Source: Halarcobacter sp.
Lineage (GTDB): Bacteria > Campylobacterota > Campylobacteria > Campylobacterales > Arcobacteraceae
Assembly: GCA_963676565.1 (NCBI GenBank)
Contig: OY781089.1
Location: 3,200,001 to 3,264,000, forward strand
DNA length: 64,000 nucleotides
Reading direction: 5' to 3'
Part shown: one piece after another, positions 40,518 through 50,483 of the stretch
How the letters are laid out: each line of letters starts with the position of its first letter
Position numbering within the stretch: position 1 is the first letter of the stretch
Position numbers and translations under genes: made by a program
The notes under the pieces: generated by a model
The model's database searches: none
What the model saw: only the letters and a program-made list of their open reading frames with translations
What the model was told of the DNA's origin: nothing

Positions 40518-41585
40518 TTAATTTTGAGGTATAAAATACATAACAGTTTCATATATACCTTCCATGTAGTGTCTTAAATAAAGTTTGTAGTTAGGATTAA
40601 TATCCAATACAATTAGAGGTATTTTATACCAATCTTGAGCTTTATGATAAATGCAAATAGCTAAGATTGGGGTATATTTTTTTATAGTTTCTTTTGCTCC
40701 ACAAAGGGCATCTTGTTCAGCCCCTTCAATATCAAGTTTTATAAAATCAACTCTTTCTTTGATTAAATTATCAATAGTATCTATATTTATTGCTTGATAA
40801 TCATGTTGCCCATGATGTTTTTTTTCTTGTGATTCTTCTTTTTGAATTTTAATTTTTCCTAAACCACAATTTATAAATTCTATTTTTTCATTTGAAGAGA
40901 AATCTCTTTTTGCAATATCTATGTGCAACTCATTTGGTTCTATTGCATAAATCTTTTTAAAATCTGGAAAGTTTTTTATTATATTAGGTAGGGTATCGCC
41001 TACGTATGCACCACCATCTAAGAAAACAATATTTTTTATATTTGGGATTAATTCCTTATCAAAATATTGTTCATCATGGTTATTTGTAAAACCTTCCATA
41101 AAACCTAAATCAAAACTTAGTTTAAAATTAATTAGTTTTTCAAAAATCTTTTTTGATTTTTTATCCTCTAAACAATTATAAACCTCTTCATATCTTTTTT
41201 TATTGTTTTTATAATCTTCTTTAAAATCACAAATAAAAGGTGGTTCTTTTAAATCTAAATTAGAGTATTTAAAAAAAGCTAAGTAGTTAATATTTTCAAA
41301 GCTTTTTTTATCTAACTCATTTTTTACCTCAAGGGGACTTCCCATGGCAGTTGAGAGAATCAAAGCATCTTTTGGAACCTCATCAATATGTAAAATTGAT
41401 TTTTTTCTTGAGCTTTGAACCCTTGTAAAATCATCAATAATTCCATCAACTTTTACATATTTTTGAACACATTTAGTAAATTTATTAATACCTAGGATAT
41501 ATTTTTTTCTTGTAGTTGAGAAAAGAAACTCATTTACAAGTTTCTTATCTTTTTCGTTTACATAATCTAAGTTAATTAGATTCAT
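40518..41585 (-). CDS. FkbM-family methyltransferase
   Basis: FLDGGAYVGD, IEPN, FIKLDIEGAE, LAICIYH. Confidence 0.9.
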   Translation of the reverse strand: MNLINLDYVNEKDKKLVNEFLFSTTRKKYILGINKFTKCVQKYVKVDGIIDDFTRVQSSRKKSILHIDEVPKDALILSTAMGSPLEVKNELDKKSFENINYLAFFKYSNLDLKEPPFICDFKEDYKNNKKRYEEVYNCLEDKKSKKIFEKLINFKLSFDLGFMEGFTNNHDEQYFDKELIPNIKNIVFLDGGAYVGDTLPNIIKNFPDFKKIYAIEPNELHIDIAKRDFSSNEKIEFINCGLGKIKIQKEESQEKKHHGQHDYQAINIDTIDNLIKERVDFIKLDIEGAEQDALCGAKETIKKYTPILAICIYHKAQDWYKIPLIVLDINPNYKLYLRHYMEGIYETVMYFIPQN

Positions 41586-41586
41586 A

Positions 41587-42468
41587 TTAGATAATTAAGG
41601 ACTTCAAACTTTTTACTGTATATAGTTTTAAACCATTAGATTTTTCTGCTTTTAATTCATTTGAAAAACCTGCCTTTGAAAATAAAACTACATAATCTGG
41701 TGTGATTTCTAAATCTTCACAATAATCTTTTAATATACTTAATTCATTTTTTTTCATTTTTGAATTTGTATATCTACATGAACCAATAATAACTTTCCCA
41801 GAGCCAGTTTGAGCTAAAAGATTTATCTCATTCTTTTCCTCATCCCAATATCTTCCAATATCTTCAATCTCATCATCTTTAAAAGAAACTTTTATAAACT
41901 CATGGCTAAGTTGTTCAAATACTAAGGACATAAATTCATTTTGATAGTTATTGAACTTTTCAAATGACTCATCAAACTCACCCCTTGATATACCTCTATA
42001 AAGAGGAGATACAAAGGCAAACCAGAATCTTAAAAAAGGTGCAGTAAAAAGTAGTTTATCAGCAACATCATTTTCTTCAAAATTTTTAGTTAAAAAATCC
42101 ATTGAAGTTTCAGTTTGAATAATATTTAACTCTTCAAGTTCATAAATTGTTTCAATACCTTCATCATACTCAATATCTGCTCTTTTAAATGCTGAATTAA
42201 TTCTTCTATCACCTAAAGCAATTCCAGTTAAAATTTTATGGTAAGGTGCTTTGTTTTTTGTAAGTTTTTGAATATAGTCTTGAATCTCATAATATCTATC
42301 TAGTATATCTCTTTTTATTAAAGTTCTAAGAGGTTTTGTCATATCAATTTTAATATCAAGTCCACCAAAAACAGCAAAGTAATTTAGTGCTGTTTCCATA
42401 TCACTTGGTTTATTTGTTTCACAAAATATTTGAAACTGTTCTAATAGGGGTTTTTCATTAAGTATAAT
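41587..42468 (-). CDS. DUF234-type protein with degenerate PD-(D/E)xK-like C-terminus; probable ATT start at 42468 (first ATG is 42399)
   Basis: YFAVFGG, PFLRFWFAFV, FEQL, GRYWD..EINL..IIGSCRY, LFSKAGFS. Confidence 0.8.
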   Translation of the reverse strand: MILNEKPLLEQFQIFCETNKPSDMETALNYFAVFGGLDIKIDMTKPLRTLIKRDILDRYYEIQDYIQKLTKNKAPYHKILTGIALGDRRINSAFKRADIEYDEGIETIYELEELNIIQTETSMDFLTKNFEENDVADKLLFTAPFLRFWFAFVSPLYRGISRGEFDESFEKFNNYQNEFMSLVFEQLSHEFIKVSFKDDEIEDIGRYWDEEKNEINLLAQTGSGKVIIGSCRYTNSKMKKNELSILKDYCEDLEITPDYVVLFSKAGFSNELKAEKSNGLKLYTVKSLKSLII

Positions 42469-42497
42469 TGTAGAGCCTTTTTATTTTTTTGATTATA

Positions 42498-42947
42498 TCA
42501 TAAATGTTTTTGGAAAAACATATTTAATTGATTAGCAAATTTTTGTGAATCTTTTTTAGAAAAAGGAGCCGGTCCTTTTGTTAGTTCACCACTGTCCCTT
42601 AACTCTTGCATCAAGTTTCTAAAAGCTAAATACTCTTTTATATTATCTTGGGTGTATAACTCACCTCTGTGGTCAATTGCATGGGCATTTTTTTCGATTG
42701 TTCTATTAGCTAGAGGAATATCAGCAGTTATAACTAAATCACCCTCTTGTAGTAAGTCAACTATTTTATTATCTGCTTCATCTAAGCCTTCTTCAACTAC
42801 CATATAAGTTACTAAAGAGCTATTATCACCAATTGAGATTTTTTTGTTAGATATTACAAGGGTATTAATATTTAATCTATTTATTGCCTTTAAAACAATA
42901 GGTTTTAAAAGATTGGGGAAGGCATCCCCATCAACAAATAAGGTCAT
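42498..42947 (-). CDS. yaiI: YaiI/YqxD family protein (UPF0178)
   Basis: VDGDAFP, DEAD..IV, VITADIPLA. Confidence 0.9.
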   Translation of the reverse strand: MTLFVDGDAFPNLLKPIVLKAINRLNINTLVISNKKISIGDNSSLVTYMVVEEGLDEADNKIVDLLQEGDLVITADIPLANRTIEKNAHAIDHRGELYTQDNIKEYLAFRNLMQELRDSGELTKGPAPFSKKDSQKFANQLNMFFQKHL

Positions 42948-43144
42948 TATAAAATCTCTTTTACTCTACCCACTTGCCCATCTTTTAATCTTACTTTTAT
43001 GCCATGTGGGTGTGTTTTTGAATTTGTTAAAATATCTTTTACAAAACCATGGGTTAATTTATTAGTTCTTTGGTCTTGTTTTAAAACTATTTTAACCTCA
43101 AGACCTTCTTTTATATCAGCTCTTTCTTTTGGGTCTCTAATCAT
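42947..43144 (-). CDS. YwbE family protein
   Basis: VLKQDQRT...ILTNS..HPHGIKVRL.DGQVGRV. Confidence 0.9.
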   Translation of the reverse strand: MIRDPKERADIKEGLEVKIVLKQDQRTNKLTHGFVKDILTNSKTHPHGIKVRLKDGQVGRVKEIL

Positions 43145-43628
43145 TTTGCTTCTTATAAAAAAGTGCTTTTTTTAATTCATCTAAATGATAGAAGAAAATT
43201 GCTTTAAAAATAAAAGTGATTTTTGTTTTTTTCGGTTCACTTGTATCTAAAATATCAAAGGTAAACTTCTGATTTGTTTCTTTTGATTCAAAAGTTACAC
43301 TAATAGGTTTTAATGTTCTAATCATATTCATAGTTGTTTTATACTCTTTTGGATTTGCTCCATCAAGCATATCACCATTTTTTTCTTCTCTTCTACTTGC
43401 ATCATAAAGTGCAGTTAGAGTATCTTTAAAAATTGATTTACTAAGAACTACTTTTGTTTTTGTTGTATGAAAAGTACCAGTTTGGTTTAAAAGTGGGTTT
43501 GGTTTTTGCTTTCTTATCTCTTCAACTGCAGTTAATAGAAAGTTATCTCCACCTAAAATACTCGAAAAGTTTTTAATCTCTTCACTTAAACTCTCTTTTT
43601 GAGTTGAATCTAATTTGTTAAAATCCAT
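43137..43628 (-). CDS. Hypothetical protein
   Basis: 163-aa ORF with GGA SD, overlapping the ywbE-family gene. Confidence 0.75.
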   Translation of the reverse strand: MDFNKLDSTQKESLSEEIKNFSSILGGDNFLLTAVEEIRKQKPNPLLNQTGTFHTTKTKVVLSKSIFKDTLTALYDASRREEKNGDMLDGANPKEYKTTMNMIRTLKPISVTFESKETNQKFTFDILDTSEPKKTKITFIFKAIFFYHLDELKKALFYKKQND

Positions 43629-43790
43629 ATTTATCCATTATTGTAATATTAAATGCAAAGATACCATTGTTTTGCTAAACTTTTACATCAAATTATCAGT
43701 TTGTTCTAAAAATACACAAGTAATTCATTTTTTTATTTATTCTATATTACAGCTTAAGTAAACTTTATTTAATTTATTTAAAGGTAAAAA

Positions 43791-44765
43791 ATGAAATTTA
43801 TATTTTTGATTCTTAGTTTATTTTCAATATCACAAGCCACGTTATTTAAAGATTTATATAATAGAGATATCAATATCAAAGAGAATAAAAAGATTGTCTG
43901 TATCGGTCCTGGAGCATTACGACTTATTAAGTATTTAGATTTAGAGAAAAATCTTGTGGGGATTGAAAAAAGAGAATTATCATTTAATAAAAACTCAACT
44001 TATGCACAATACCTAAATAAAGATTTTATAAAAAGTTTACCAATTATAGGACAAGGTGGCCCTTCTAAAATGCCAAACCTAGAAACACTTATAAACTTGA
44101 AACCTGACATTATTTTTGCAACTTTTTTATCAAAAGAACAAATTAATCTAATTGAATCTAAGACAAAAATTCCTGTTGTTGCTTTAAGTTATGGTCAAAC
44201 ACTAAAAAATGAAAAGAAATTAGACTTTATTAAAAAATCCCTTGAATTAATCTCAAAAATTATGAATAAAGAAGAAAGATATCAAACCTTACTTTCTTTT
44301 ATGCAAAAAGAAGAGAATAAAATTTCACAATTTAAAATTGATGATAAAATAATATATGTTGGAGGAGTAGCCTTTAAAGGGATTCATGGAATTACTAGTA
44401 CAGAAAGTAATTATCCTGCTTTTGAACTTTTGAATATAAAAAACCAGTTATTAAAAGGTTATAAAGGGCATGCTTTTATAAATATTGAAACACTTTTAAC
44501 TTTTAATCCTGAAGTTGTATTTTTTGATAAATTAAGTAAAAAGATTATTGAAGAAGAGATACAAAAAGATAAAACAATTTTTTATAATATAAATGCTTTT
44601 AAGAACAATAAGATTTATTGGTTAAATCCAAGTAACTTTTATAATATAAATGTTGAAAATATTTATATAAATAGTTATCTTATTGCTTCAAAGTTTGGAC
44701 ATAAAATCAATATGAAAGATATAAAGAAAAGAGTTCTTGAAGCCTTTTTCCAAACTAAAGAATAA
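43791..44765 (+). CDS. Class III periplasmic binding protein (iron complex/cobalamin family)
   Basis: DLYNRDI, PNLETLINLKPDIIF, INAFKNNKIY. Confidence 0.87.
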   Translation: MKFIFLILSLFSISQATLFKDLYNRDINIKENKKIVCIGPGALRLIKYLDLEKNLVGIEKRELSFNKNSTYAQYLNKDFIKSLPIIGQGGPSKMPNLETLINLKPDIIFATFLSKEQINLIESKTKIPVVALSYGQTLKNEKKLDFIKKSLELISKIMNKEERYQTLLSFMQKEENKISQFKIDDKIIYVGGVAFKGIHGITSTESNYPAFELLNIKNQLLKGYKGHAFINIETLLTFNPEVVFFDKLSKKIIEEEIQKDKTIFYNINAFKNNKIYWLNPSNFYNINVENIYINSYLIASKFGHKINMKDIKKRVLEAFFQTKE

Positions 44766-44767
44766 AA

Positions 44768-45784
44768 ATGTACACTAAAAAACTTTATTCAAAAGAAAAA
44801 CTAGTTTTAATTGGCTTATTAATATCTCTAACTCTGGTTTTAATTTGGATTTCTTTAATTAGTGGAAATGAAGGTATTAACTTTCAAGATACCTATAAAA
44901 TTTTTAAAATGGAAGGCACCTTTCCTATTATATTTTATGAAATTAGAGTACCTAGAACATTAGCAGCTTTTTTTGTGGGAGCTGCATTGGGATTGTCTGG
45001 TGCGATGATGCAAGCAGTATTAAAAAATCCTCTAGCTTCTCCTTTTACTCTTGGTATTTCTCAAGCAAGTGCTTTTGGAGCGAGTTTTGCAATTATCGTT
45101 TTACAAACATATTCAACTTCTACAACTTATGAAGCTGGATTTATAACTGCGCTATTTGCCTTTGGAGCTAGTATGATAAGTACACTTTTGATTTTATCAT
45201 TGGGTAAAAAAGGGAATATGAGTCCTGAGTCTTTAATACTATTTGGTGTTGCTTTGGGTGCATTTTTTTCTGCTTTTACTATGCTTCTTCAATATTTTGC
45301 AGAAGATACTGATGCTGCAGCAACACTGTTTTGGACTTTTGGAGACTTATCAAAGGCGAACAGTTTATCAATTCTTTTGATATCAATTGTTTTGATTTTA
45401 TCACTTATAATTTATTTTAAAATATTTTGGAAATTCGATGCTTTGATGCTTGGAGAAGATAGTGCTAAATCACTTGGGATTAATACCAATAAACTTAGAT
45501 TTTCATCTATGATAATAGCTTCACTTTTAAGTGCAATTAGTGTTTGTTTTTTTGGAATTATTGGTTTTGTAGGCTTAATTGCTCCACATATTGTTAGGTT
45601 ACTTATTGGTAATTCCCATAAATTTATTCTTCCACTTTCTGCTTTATGTGGAGGTATTTTACTTTTACTAGCAGATATTGTTTCAAGAACAGTTTTATTA
45701 CCTGTAATCATACCTGTTGGGATTATCACATCTATGATTGGTGCTCCTTTGTTTTTATACTTTTTATATGTGAGAAGACAATGA
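44768..45784 (+). CDS. FecCD/BtuC-family ABC permease
   Basis: IRVPR, NPLASPFTLGIS, AKSLGI, GFVGLIAPH. Confidence 0.92.
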   Translation: MYTKKLYSKEKLVLIGLLISLTLVLIWISLISGNEGINFQDTYKIFKMEGTFPIIFYEIRVPRTLAAFFVGAALGLSGAMMQAVLKNPLASPFTLGISQASAFGASFAIIVLQTYSTSTTYEAGFITALFAFGASMISTLLILSLGKKGNMSPESLILFGVALGAFFSAFTMLLQYFAEDTDAAATLFWTFGDLSKANSLSILLISIVLILSLIIYFKIFWKFDALMLGEDSAKSLGINTNKLRFSSMIIASLLSAISVCFFGIIGFVGLIAPHIVRLLIGNSHKFILPLSALCGGILLLLADIVSRTVLLPVIIPVGIITSMIGAPLFLYFLYVRRQ

Positions 45785-46578
45785 GTTTAGAGATTAAGAA
45801 CTTAAGTGTAAAGATAAAAAAAACAAAACTTCTAAATAAGATAAATTTAAAAGTAAAAAATAGTGATTTAAATATAATCATTGGTCCAAATGGTGCAGGA
45901 AAATCAACTCTACTTAAATCAATTTGTAAAATAATAGATAATGTTGAAGGGGAAATTCTTTTAAATGGTGAAAATATTATAGAAAAAGATTTACAAGAAG
46001 TATCAAAAAATATTTCTTATATGGGACAATTTCAAAATAATTCAAATTTAAATGTGATTGATATTCTTGAATTATCAAGGAGAAAATATAGTGGCTTTTC
46101 TTTAAATTATGAAGATCACAAGATTATTGAAAAAATCATCAAAGAAGTTGATATAGAAAAATTTTTACATAAAAATATTGATCTTCTAAGTGGAGGAGAG
46201 AAACAAAAAGTGTTTTTAGCAGCTTCTTTAATTCAAGAGCCAAAGGTTTTATTACTGGATGAACCAACCTCTTCTCTAGACCCTAAAAATCAAATAGAGA
46301 TGTTAGAGATTATAAAAAAAGTAAGTAAAGAGAAAAGCTTGATTACATTAATGGTAATCCACGATTTACAAAACGCTTTACACTATGCAGACAAAATTAT
46401 AATGCTAAAGGATAAAGAGATTATTGATTTTCAAGATTCTTTAAATGTAGATGCAAAAATGATTTCAAATTTATATAATATCCCATGTGAAATATTTTGG
46501 CAAAATGGACATCCCTTTACATTTTTTGGGCATACACATAATCATGGAAATTCCCACCATAATCATCATGAACACTAA
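45781..46578 (+). CDS. ABC ATPase (FecE/BtuD-like) with His-rich C-terminal tail
   Basis: Start ATG 45781 overlaps the permease stop (ATGA); GPNGAGKST, LSGGEKQ, LLDEPT; ends HTHNHGNSHHNHHEH. Confidence 0.9.
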   Translation: MSLEIKNLSVKIKKTKLLNKINLKVKNSDLNIIIGPNGAGKSTLLKSICKIIDNVEGEILLNGENIIEKDLQEVSKNISYMGQFQNNSNLNVIDILELSRRKYSGFSLNYEDHKIIEKIIKEVDIEKFLHKNIDLLSGGEKQKVFLAASLIQEPKVLLLDEPTSSLDPKNQIEMLEIIKKVSKEKSLITLMVIHDLQNALHYADKIIMLKDKEIIDFQDSLNVDAKMISNLYNIPCEIFWQNGHPFTFFGHTHNHGNSHHNHHEH

Positions 46579-46596
46579 GAAAATTAAGGAAAAACA

Positions 46597-47346
46597 TTGT
46601 TACTAAATCAATTAAAAGAAAAAGCACTTAAAAGTGCAATAGAAAACAAACTATTTTTAAAAGAGTTTTTATTAGATAAAACTTTTACTTTTTGTATCAT
46701 AAGTGATGGAGAGAATGATTTTATAGGATTAACTCTTACTCCTAAAAATGAGGGTGAATTAAACTCAATCCAGTTAAATACTATAGAAGAGATTTTAACT
46801 ACAAATAACTATGATTTGGCATTAAGAGCAGTAAGTCTTGCACTTATTAATGCCATAGGACAATATGAATTAAGCAAAAAAGATATCCCCTTAAAAGAAA
46901 ATCTTAGAGTAGAACTTCATGAAACAATATATAATCTAAGTTGTGAAGATGATAATATTGTATTTATTGGAAATTTAAAACCTGTTGTGAAAAAACTTAG
47001 TACTTCAAGAAAAAATATCTCAGTATTTTGCAGATCTATGACAGATGAAAAAAATGGTGTATATAACGATATTTTCGAATATGAAGCAGTAGAAAAAGCA
47101 GATATAGTTATTATAACAGGAGCTGCACTTATTGGCTCAACTATTGATGCACTTTTAAAATTTACATCAAAGGCAAAGGCAGTTATTTTATCTGGTTTCT
47201 CAGCTGGATTAAATCCCTCATGGTTAGAAGGGTATCCTATCACTCATGTGGCAAGTACAAGCTTAAAGAAAAGTAAAAAAGAGGATATATTGAATATCTC
47301 ATTAGAAGGGATATTCAACAATAGTTGTTATACTATTAAAAGATAA
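46597..47346 (+). CDS. DUF364-like Rossmann-fold protein (putative metal chelation)
   Basis: RAVSLALINA, IVFIG, ADIVIITGAALIGSTIDALL. Confidence 0.72.
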   Translation: MLLNQLKEKALKSAIENKLFLKEFLLDKTFTFCIISDGENDFIGLTLTPKNEGELNSIQLNTIEEILTTNNYDLALRAVSLALINAIGQYELSKKDIPLKENLRVELHETIYNLSCEDDNIVFIGNLKPVVKKLSTSRKNISVFCRSMTDEKNGVYNDIFEYEAVEKADIVIITGAALIGSTIDALLKFTSKAKAVILSGFSAGLNPSWLEGYPITHVASTSLKKSKKEDILNISLEGIFNNSCYTIKR

Positions 47347-47362
47347 GAGAGCCTAGCTCCCT

Positions 47363-49486
47363 TTAATCTTTTTTGAATTGTTTATCACTTAGATTTTCTA
47401 TAATATTTTTAGCAATATTTGAAGTATCAACTGAGATTTGTTTTGTATGGCTAGCAACATTTGCATTCTCTTGAGTTCTAGTATCTAATTTACTAACTGT
47501 ATCATTTATTTGTTCTATAGCTTCTCTTTGTTCTTTAGAAGCAGATTCAATTTGTAAAATTAGTTCTGACGTCTTATTAATACTTTCATTTAAAACAATA
47601 TAGCCATTTATCATCTCATCTGCATTTTTCTTACCAATTTCAGTTTTATTAGTTGCATTTTCAACTAAATCCTTAATCTCTTTTGCTGCTTCAGCACTTC
47701 TACTTGCAAGGTTTCTAACCTCTTGTGCTACAACTGCAAAACCTTTTCCTGCTTCCCCTGCTGTTGCTGCTTCAACTGCTGCATTAAGTGAAAGAATGTT
47801 TGTTTGAAAAGCAATTTGATCAATTATAGTTATTGCCTCAGCAATTGCATTTGTTTGATCATTGATTTCATTCATAGATTCAACAGTATTTTTTGCTAAG
47901 TTTTGCCCATCTGTAATTGAATTTCTTAAGATATTAGAATTTTCTGCCATTTGAGATATATTTTCTGTTGTCTCAACTATTGTTGCAGTAATCTCTTCAA
48001 GGGAAGCGGAACTCTCTTCTAAAGAAGCCGCTGTTTGATTAGATGAAGTATTTAATGTATCAACATTATCTAAAAGATTTCTTGCATTCTCTTCTAAAAC
48101 CTGTCCTAATCTGTAATTCTCTTGTAGCATTTTATTAATCATCTCATTAAGATTATTTAAGCCAATAGAGATTTTCCCATCAGCATTTGGAACATTATTT
48201 ACAAAGTTAAAATTAGAATACTCTTCTAAAGATTTTAAAATATCGTTAATATCACTATTTACATTTTTACTAATAGTTTCTATCATCTCATTTAAAATAT
48301 CTTTTAACTCATTTAATGATTTATTAGTGGTTTCATTTTCTACTTTAACATTTAAATTTCCATCTTTTATTTTGTTAACAGCATTCTTTACATCTTCAAT
48401 TAACTCTTTATCTTTTTCTAAACTAATTTTAACACTATCTATTTCTATATCAATTTTTTTGGCCATATTTCCAAATTCATCATTTGTTTTAATATTTAAC
48501 ATAGAAACATTTTCACTCTCACCTTTTAAGTAAGAAAAGAAATCATTCAAGCCATTTTCTAAAGTTTTAATTGGAGATAAAAGTTTAACTAGCATATAGT
48601 AAAGTAATGACAAGATTAAAACCAATAATACTAAATAAAGAAAAATCTCTTTATAAATATCTGCTTTTATATCATTAAAAATTGAATCTTTTTCTATTTG
48701 AACAACTAATGCCCAAGAAGAAAATGGAACCTTACTATAACTTAATAAAGTATCAATATTATTCATGCTAACTTCAACAAACTCTTCATTTTTATTAAGT
48801 TTTATTTTTTTTGAGATTTCACTAACTTTTTTTAATAGTTTTTTATTTTTATGAACTAAATATTTTCCATCTTCAGATAATAAATAAGAAATTGTTGGCA
48901 CTCCCATATCAAGATTTAAAATCTCTTTTACAATAGTGTCCAAAAATATATTTGCCCCAACTACACCTACTAGTTTTCCATCTTTCTTAAATGGAGCAAA
49001 AAGTGTAATAACAAGTTTATTTGAACTTGCACTTATAAAAGGGTCTGTAACACCTTTTCCATCAATTTTTTTTGACTTCACATACCAGGGTCTTTTTCTA
49101 GCATCATAATTCATCGTTGCAATACTTTTTAAAGAACCATCAAATTTAATTAAATCACCACTTTCTTCAACTCCAACATACATACTTGCAAAATCACCTG
49201 ATTTTTTACCAAGTAAAATTTTATCTACTAAAACTTTGTTTTTATTAGTGAATTCTTCATCTTGAATTAAAGCGGCAACAGACTCAACAATTTGCATTTT
49301 TGATTTTAAATAATCATCAATAAATTTTGAAGTTTGTTTTGTCATACTTAATTGATCATATTTTACTAAATTAAACTCTGATTCGAATTTATTTGTAGTA
49401 TTATAGAAACCTAATATTAAAAACGAACAAGCAATACTTGCAAACAAAAGTACTAATAGTTTAGTCTTGATACTTGAAAAATTCAT
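47363..49486 (-). CDS. Methyl-accepting chemotaxis protein with dCache sensor domain
   Basis: YDARKRPWY (amino-acid/amine-type Cache motif), [18 protein letters not shown]. Confidence 0.92.
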   Translation of the reverse strand: MNFSSIKTKLLVLLFASIACSFLILGFYNTTNKFESEFNLVKYDQLSMTKQTSKFIDDYLKSKMQIVESVAALIQDEEFTNKNKVLVDKILLGKKSGDFASMYVGVEESGDLIKFDGSLKSIATMNYDARKRPWYVKSKKIDGKGVTDPFISASSNKLVITLFAPFKKDGKLVGVVGANIFLDTIVKEILNLDMGVPTISYLLSEDGKYLVHKNKKLLKKVSEISKKIKLNKNEEFVEVSMNNIDTLLSYSKVPFSSWALVVQIEKDSIFNDIKADIYKEIFLYLVLLVLILSLLYYMLVKLLSPIKTLENGLNDFFSYLKGESENVSMLNIKTNDEFGNMAKKIDIEIDSVKISLEKDKELIEDVKNAVNKIKDGNLNVKVENETTNKSLNELKDILNEMIETISKNVNSDINDILKSLEEYSNFNFVNNVPNADGKISIGLNNLNEMINKMLQENYRLGQVLEENARNLLDNVDTLNTSSNQTAASLEESSASLEEITATIVETTENISQMAENSNILRNSITDGQNLAKNTVESMNEINDQTNAIAEAITIIDQIAFQTNILSLNAAVEAATAGEAGKGFAVVAQEVRNLASRSAEAAKEIKDLVENATNKTEIGKKNADEMINGYIVLNESINKTSELILQIESASKEQREAIEQINDTVSKLDTRTQENANVASHTKQISVDTSNIAKNIIENLSDKQFKKD

Positions 49487-49528
49487 AACAACCCCTTATA
49501 GTTTTAAATATCTAAAATTTTATAGTGC

Positions 49529-49636
49529 CAAAATGACTTAAGCGTGATACTATTTTACAACAAGTTGTAATAAATAAGATCTTAATGTTGACAAAATGAC
49601 TTAACCGTGACCAATTTTACAACAAATTATATAAAT
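49529..49636. repeat. Imperfect direct repeat (~46 bp, 63-bp period) in divergent intergenic region
   Basis: caaaatgacttaa[g/c]cgtga...attttacaacaa at 49529 and 49592. Confidence 0.85.
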
Positions 49637-49733
49637 TCACCACACCTATTATAAAAAATAATAGAAATCATATTATTCTTCTAAGGAAGTTTTCTATAAA
49701 GTATCACTCTTAATTAAATAATAGGCAAATACA

Positions 49734-50483
49734 ATGTTAGGAACAAAAATAATTGGAAATGGAGATACTAAAATCATTTTTTTACATGAACTTATGGGTG
49801 ACTGTAGAAACTATGAAGCTATATTTCCCTTTTTGGATAAAGAAAATTTTACATATATCTTCATAGATTTAAGAGGTTATGGATTATCAAAAGAGATAAA
49901 AGGGGAATACAACTTAGAAGAAGCTTCCAATGATGTTAAAAATTTAATAACAAAATTAAAATTAGATGAAGTTATCCTTGTAGCCCACTCAATGTCAACG
50001 ATGATAGCCCAAAGAGTTGCACTAATTGAAAAGAAGATAAAAAAACTGATTTTAACAACACCTATTTCAGCTTCAGGTATAAAAGTTCCTGAGATACAAA
50101 AGAAAAGTTTGATTAGAAAGATGACTGAAAATAAAAGAGCAATTGAACAAATTGTAAGAAGTTCAAGTAGAAGATATAATCAAAGCTGGGCAAAATATAG
50201 AATAGATATGGGATATAGTTCATCTTTAGTTGAGGCTAGAGTTTCTTATATGAATATGTACCTTAACACAAGTGATAATGAAAATGATATTAATGAAGAG
50301 ATTGAAGTTAATATAATACTTGGTAAACATGACTCTGCGGTTTTTGCAAAAAAAGAAACAGAAAAAAATTTCTCTAAATACAAGAATGTAAATATAATCG
50401 AATGTCAAGAAGCAGGTCATTATCCAATGATAGAGTGTCCAGTTTTTTATGCAAGTAAAATTGAAGAGTTATCTAAAAAATGA
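49734..50483 (+). CDS. Alpha/beta hydrolase
   Basis: DLRGYGLS, AHSMS nucleophile elbow, GKHD, AGHYP. Confidence 0.88.
   Translation: MLGTKIIGNGDTKIIFLHELMGDCRNYEAIFPFLDKENFTYIFIDLRGYGLSKEIKGEYNLEEASNDVKNLITKLKLDEVILVAHSMSTMIAQRVALIEKKIKKLILTTPISASGIKVPEIQKKSLIRKMTENKRAIEQIVRSSSRRYNQSWAKYRIDMGYSSSLVEARVSYMNMYLNTSDNENDINEEIEVNIILGKHDSAVFAKKETEKNFSKYKNVNIIECQEAGHYPMIECPVFYASKIEELSKK

Noticed and set aside
43720..43750. GTAAT-N21-ATTAC as a NikR or Fur operator
   Set aside because: Spacing does not fit the consensus sites I know, and such matches are common in very AT-rich DNA.
49690..49705. PhosR-like box upstream of the alpha/beta hydrolase
   Set aside because: Three mismatches to GTTTCNAAAANGTTTC; too weak to call.
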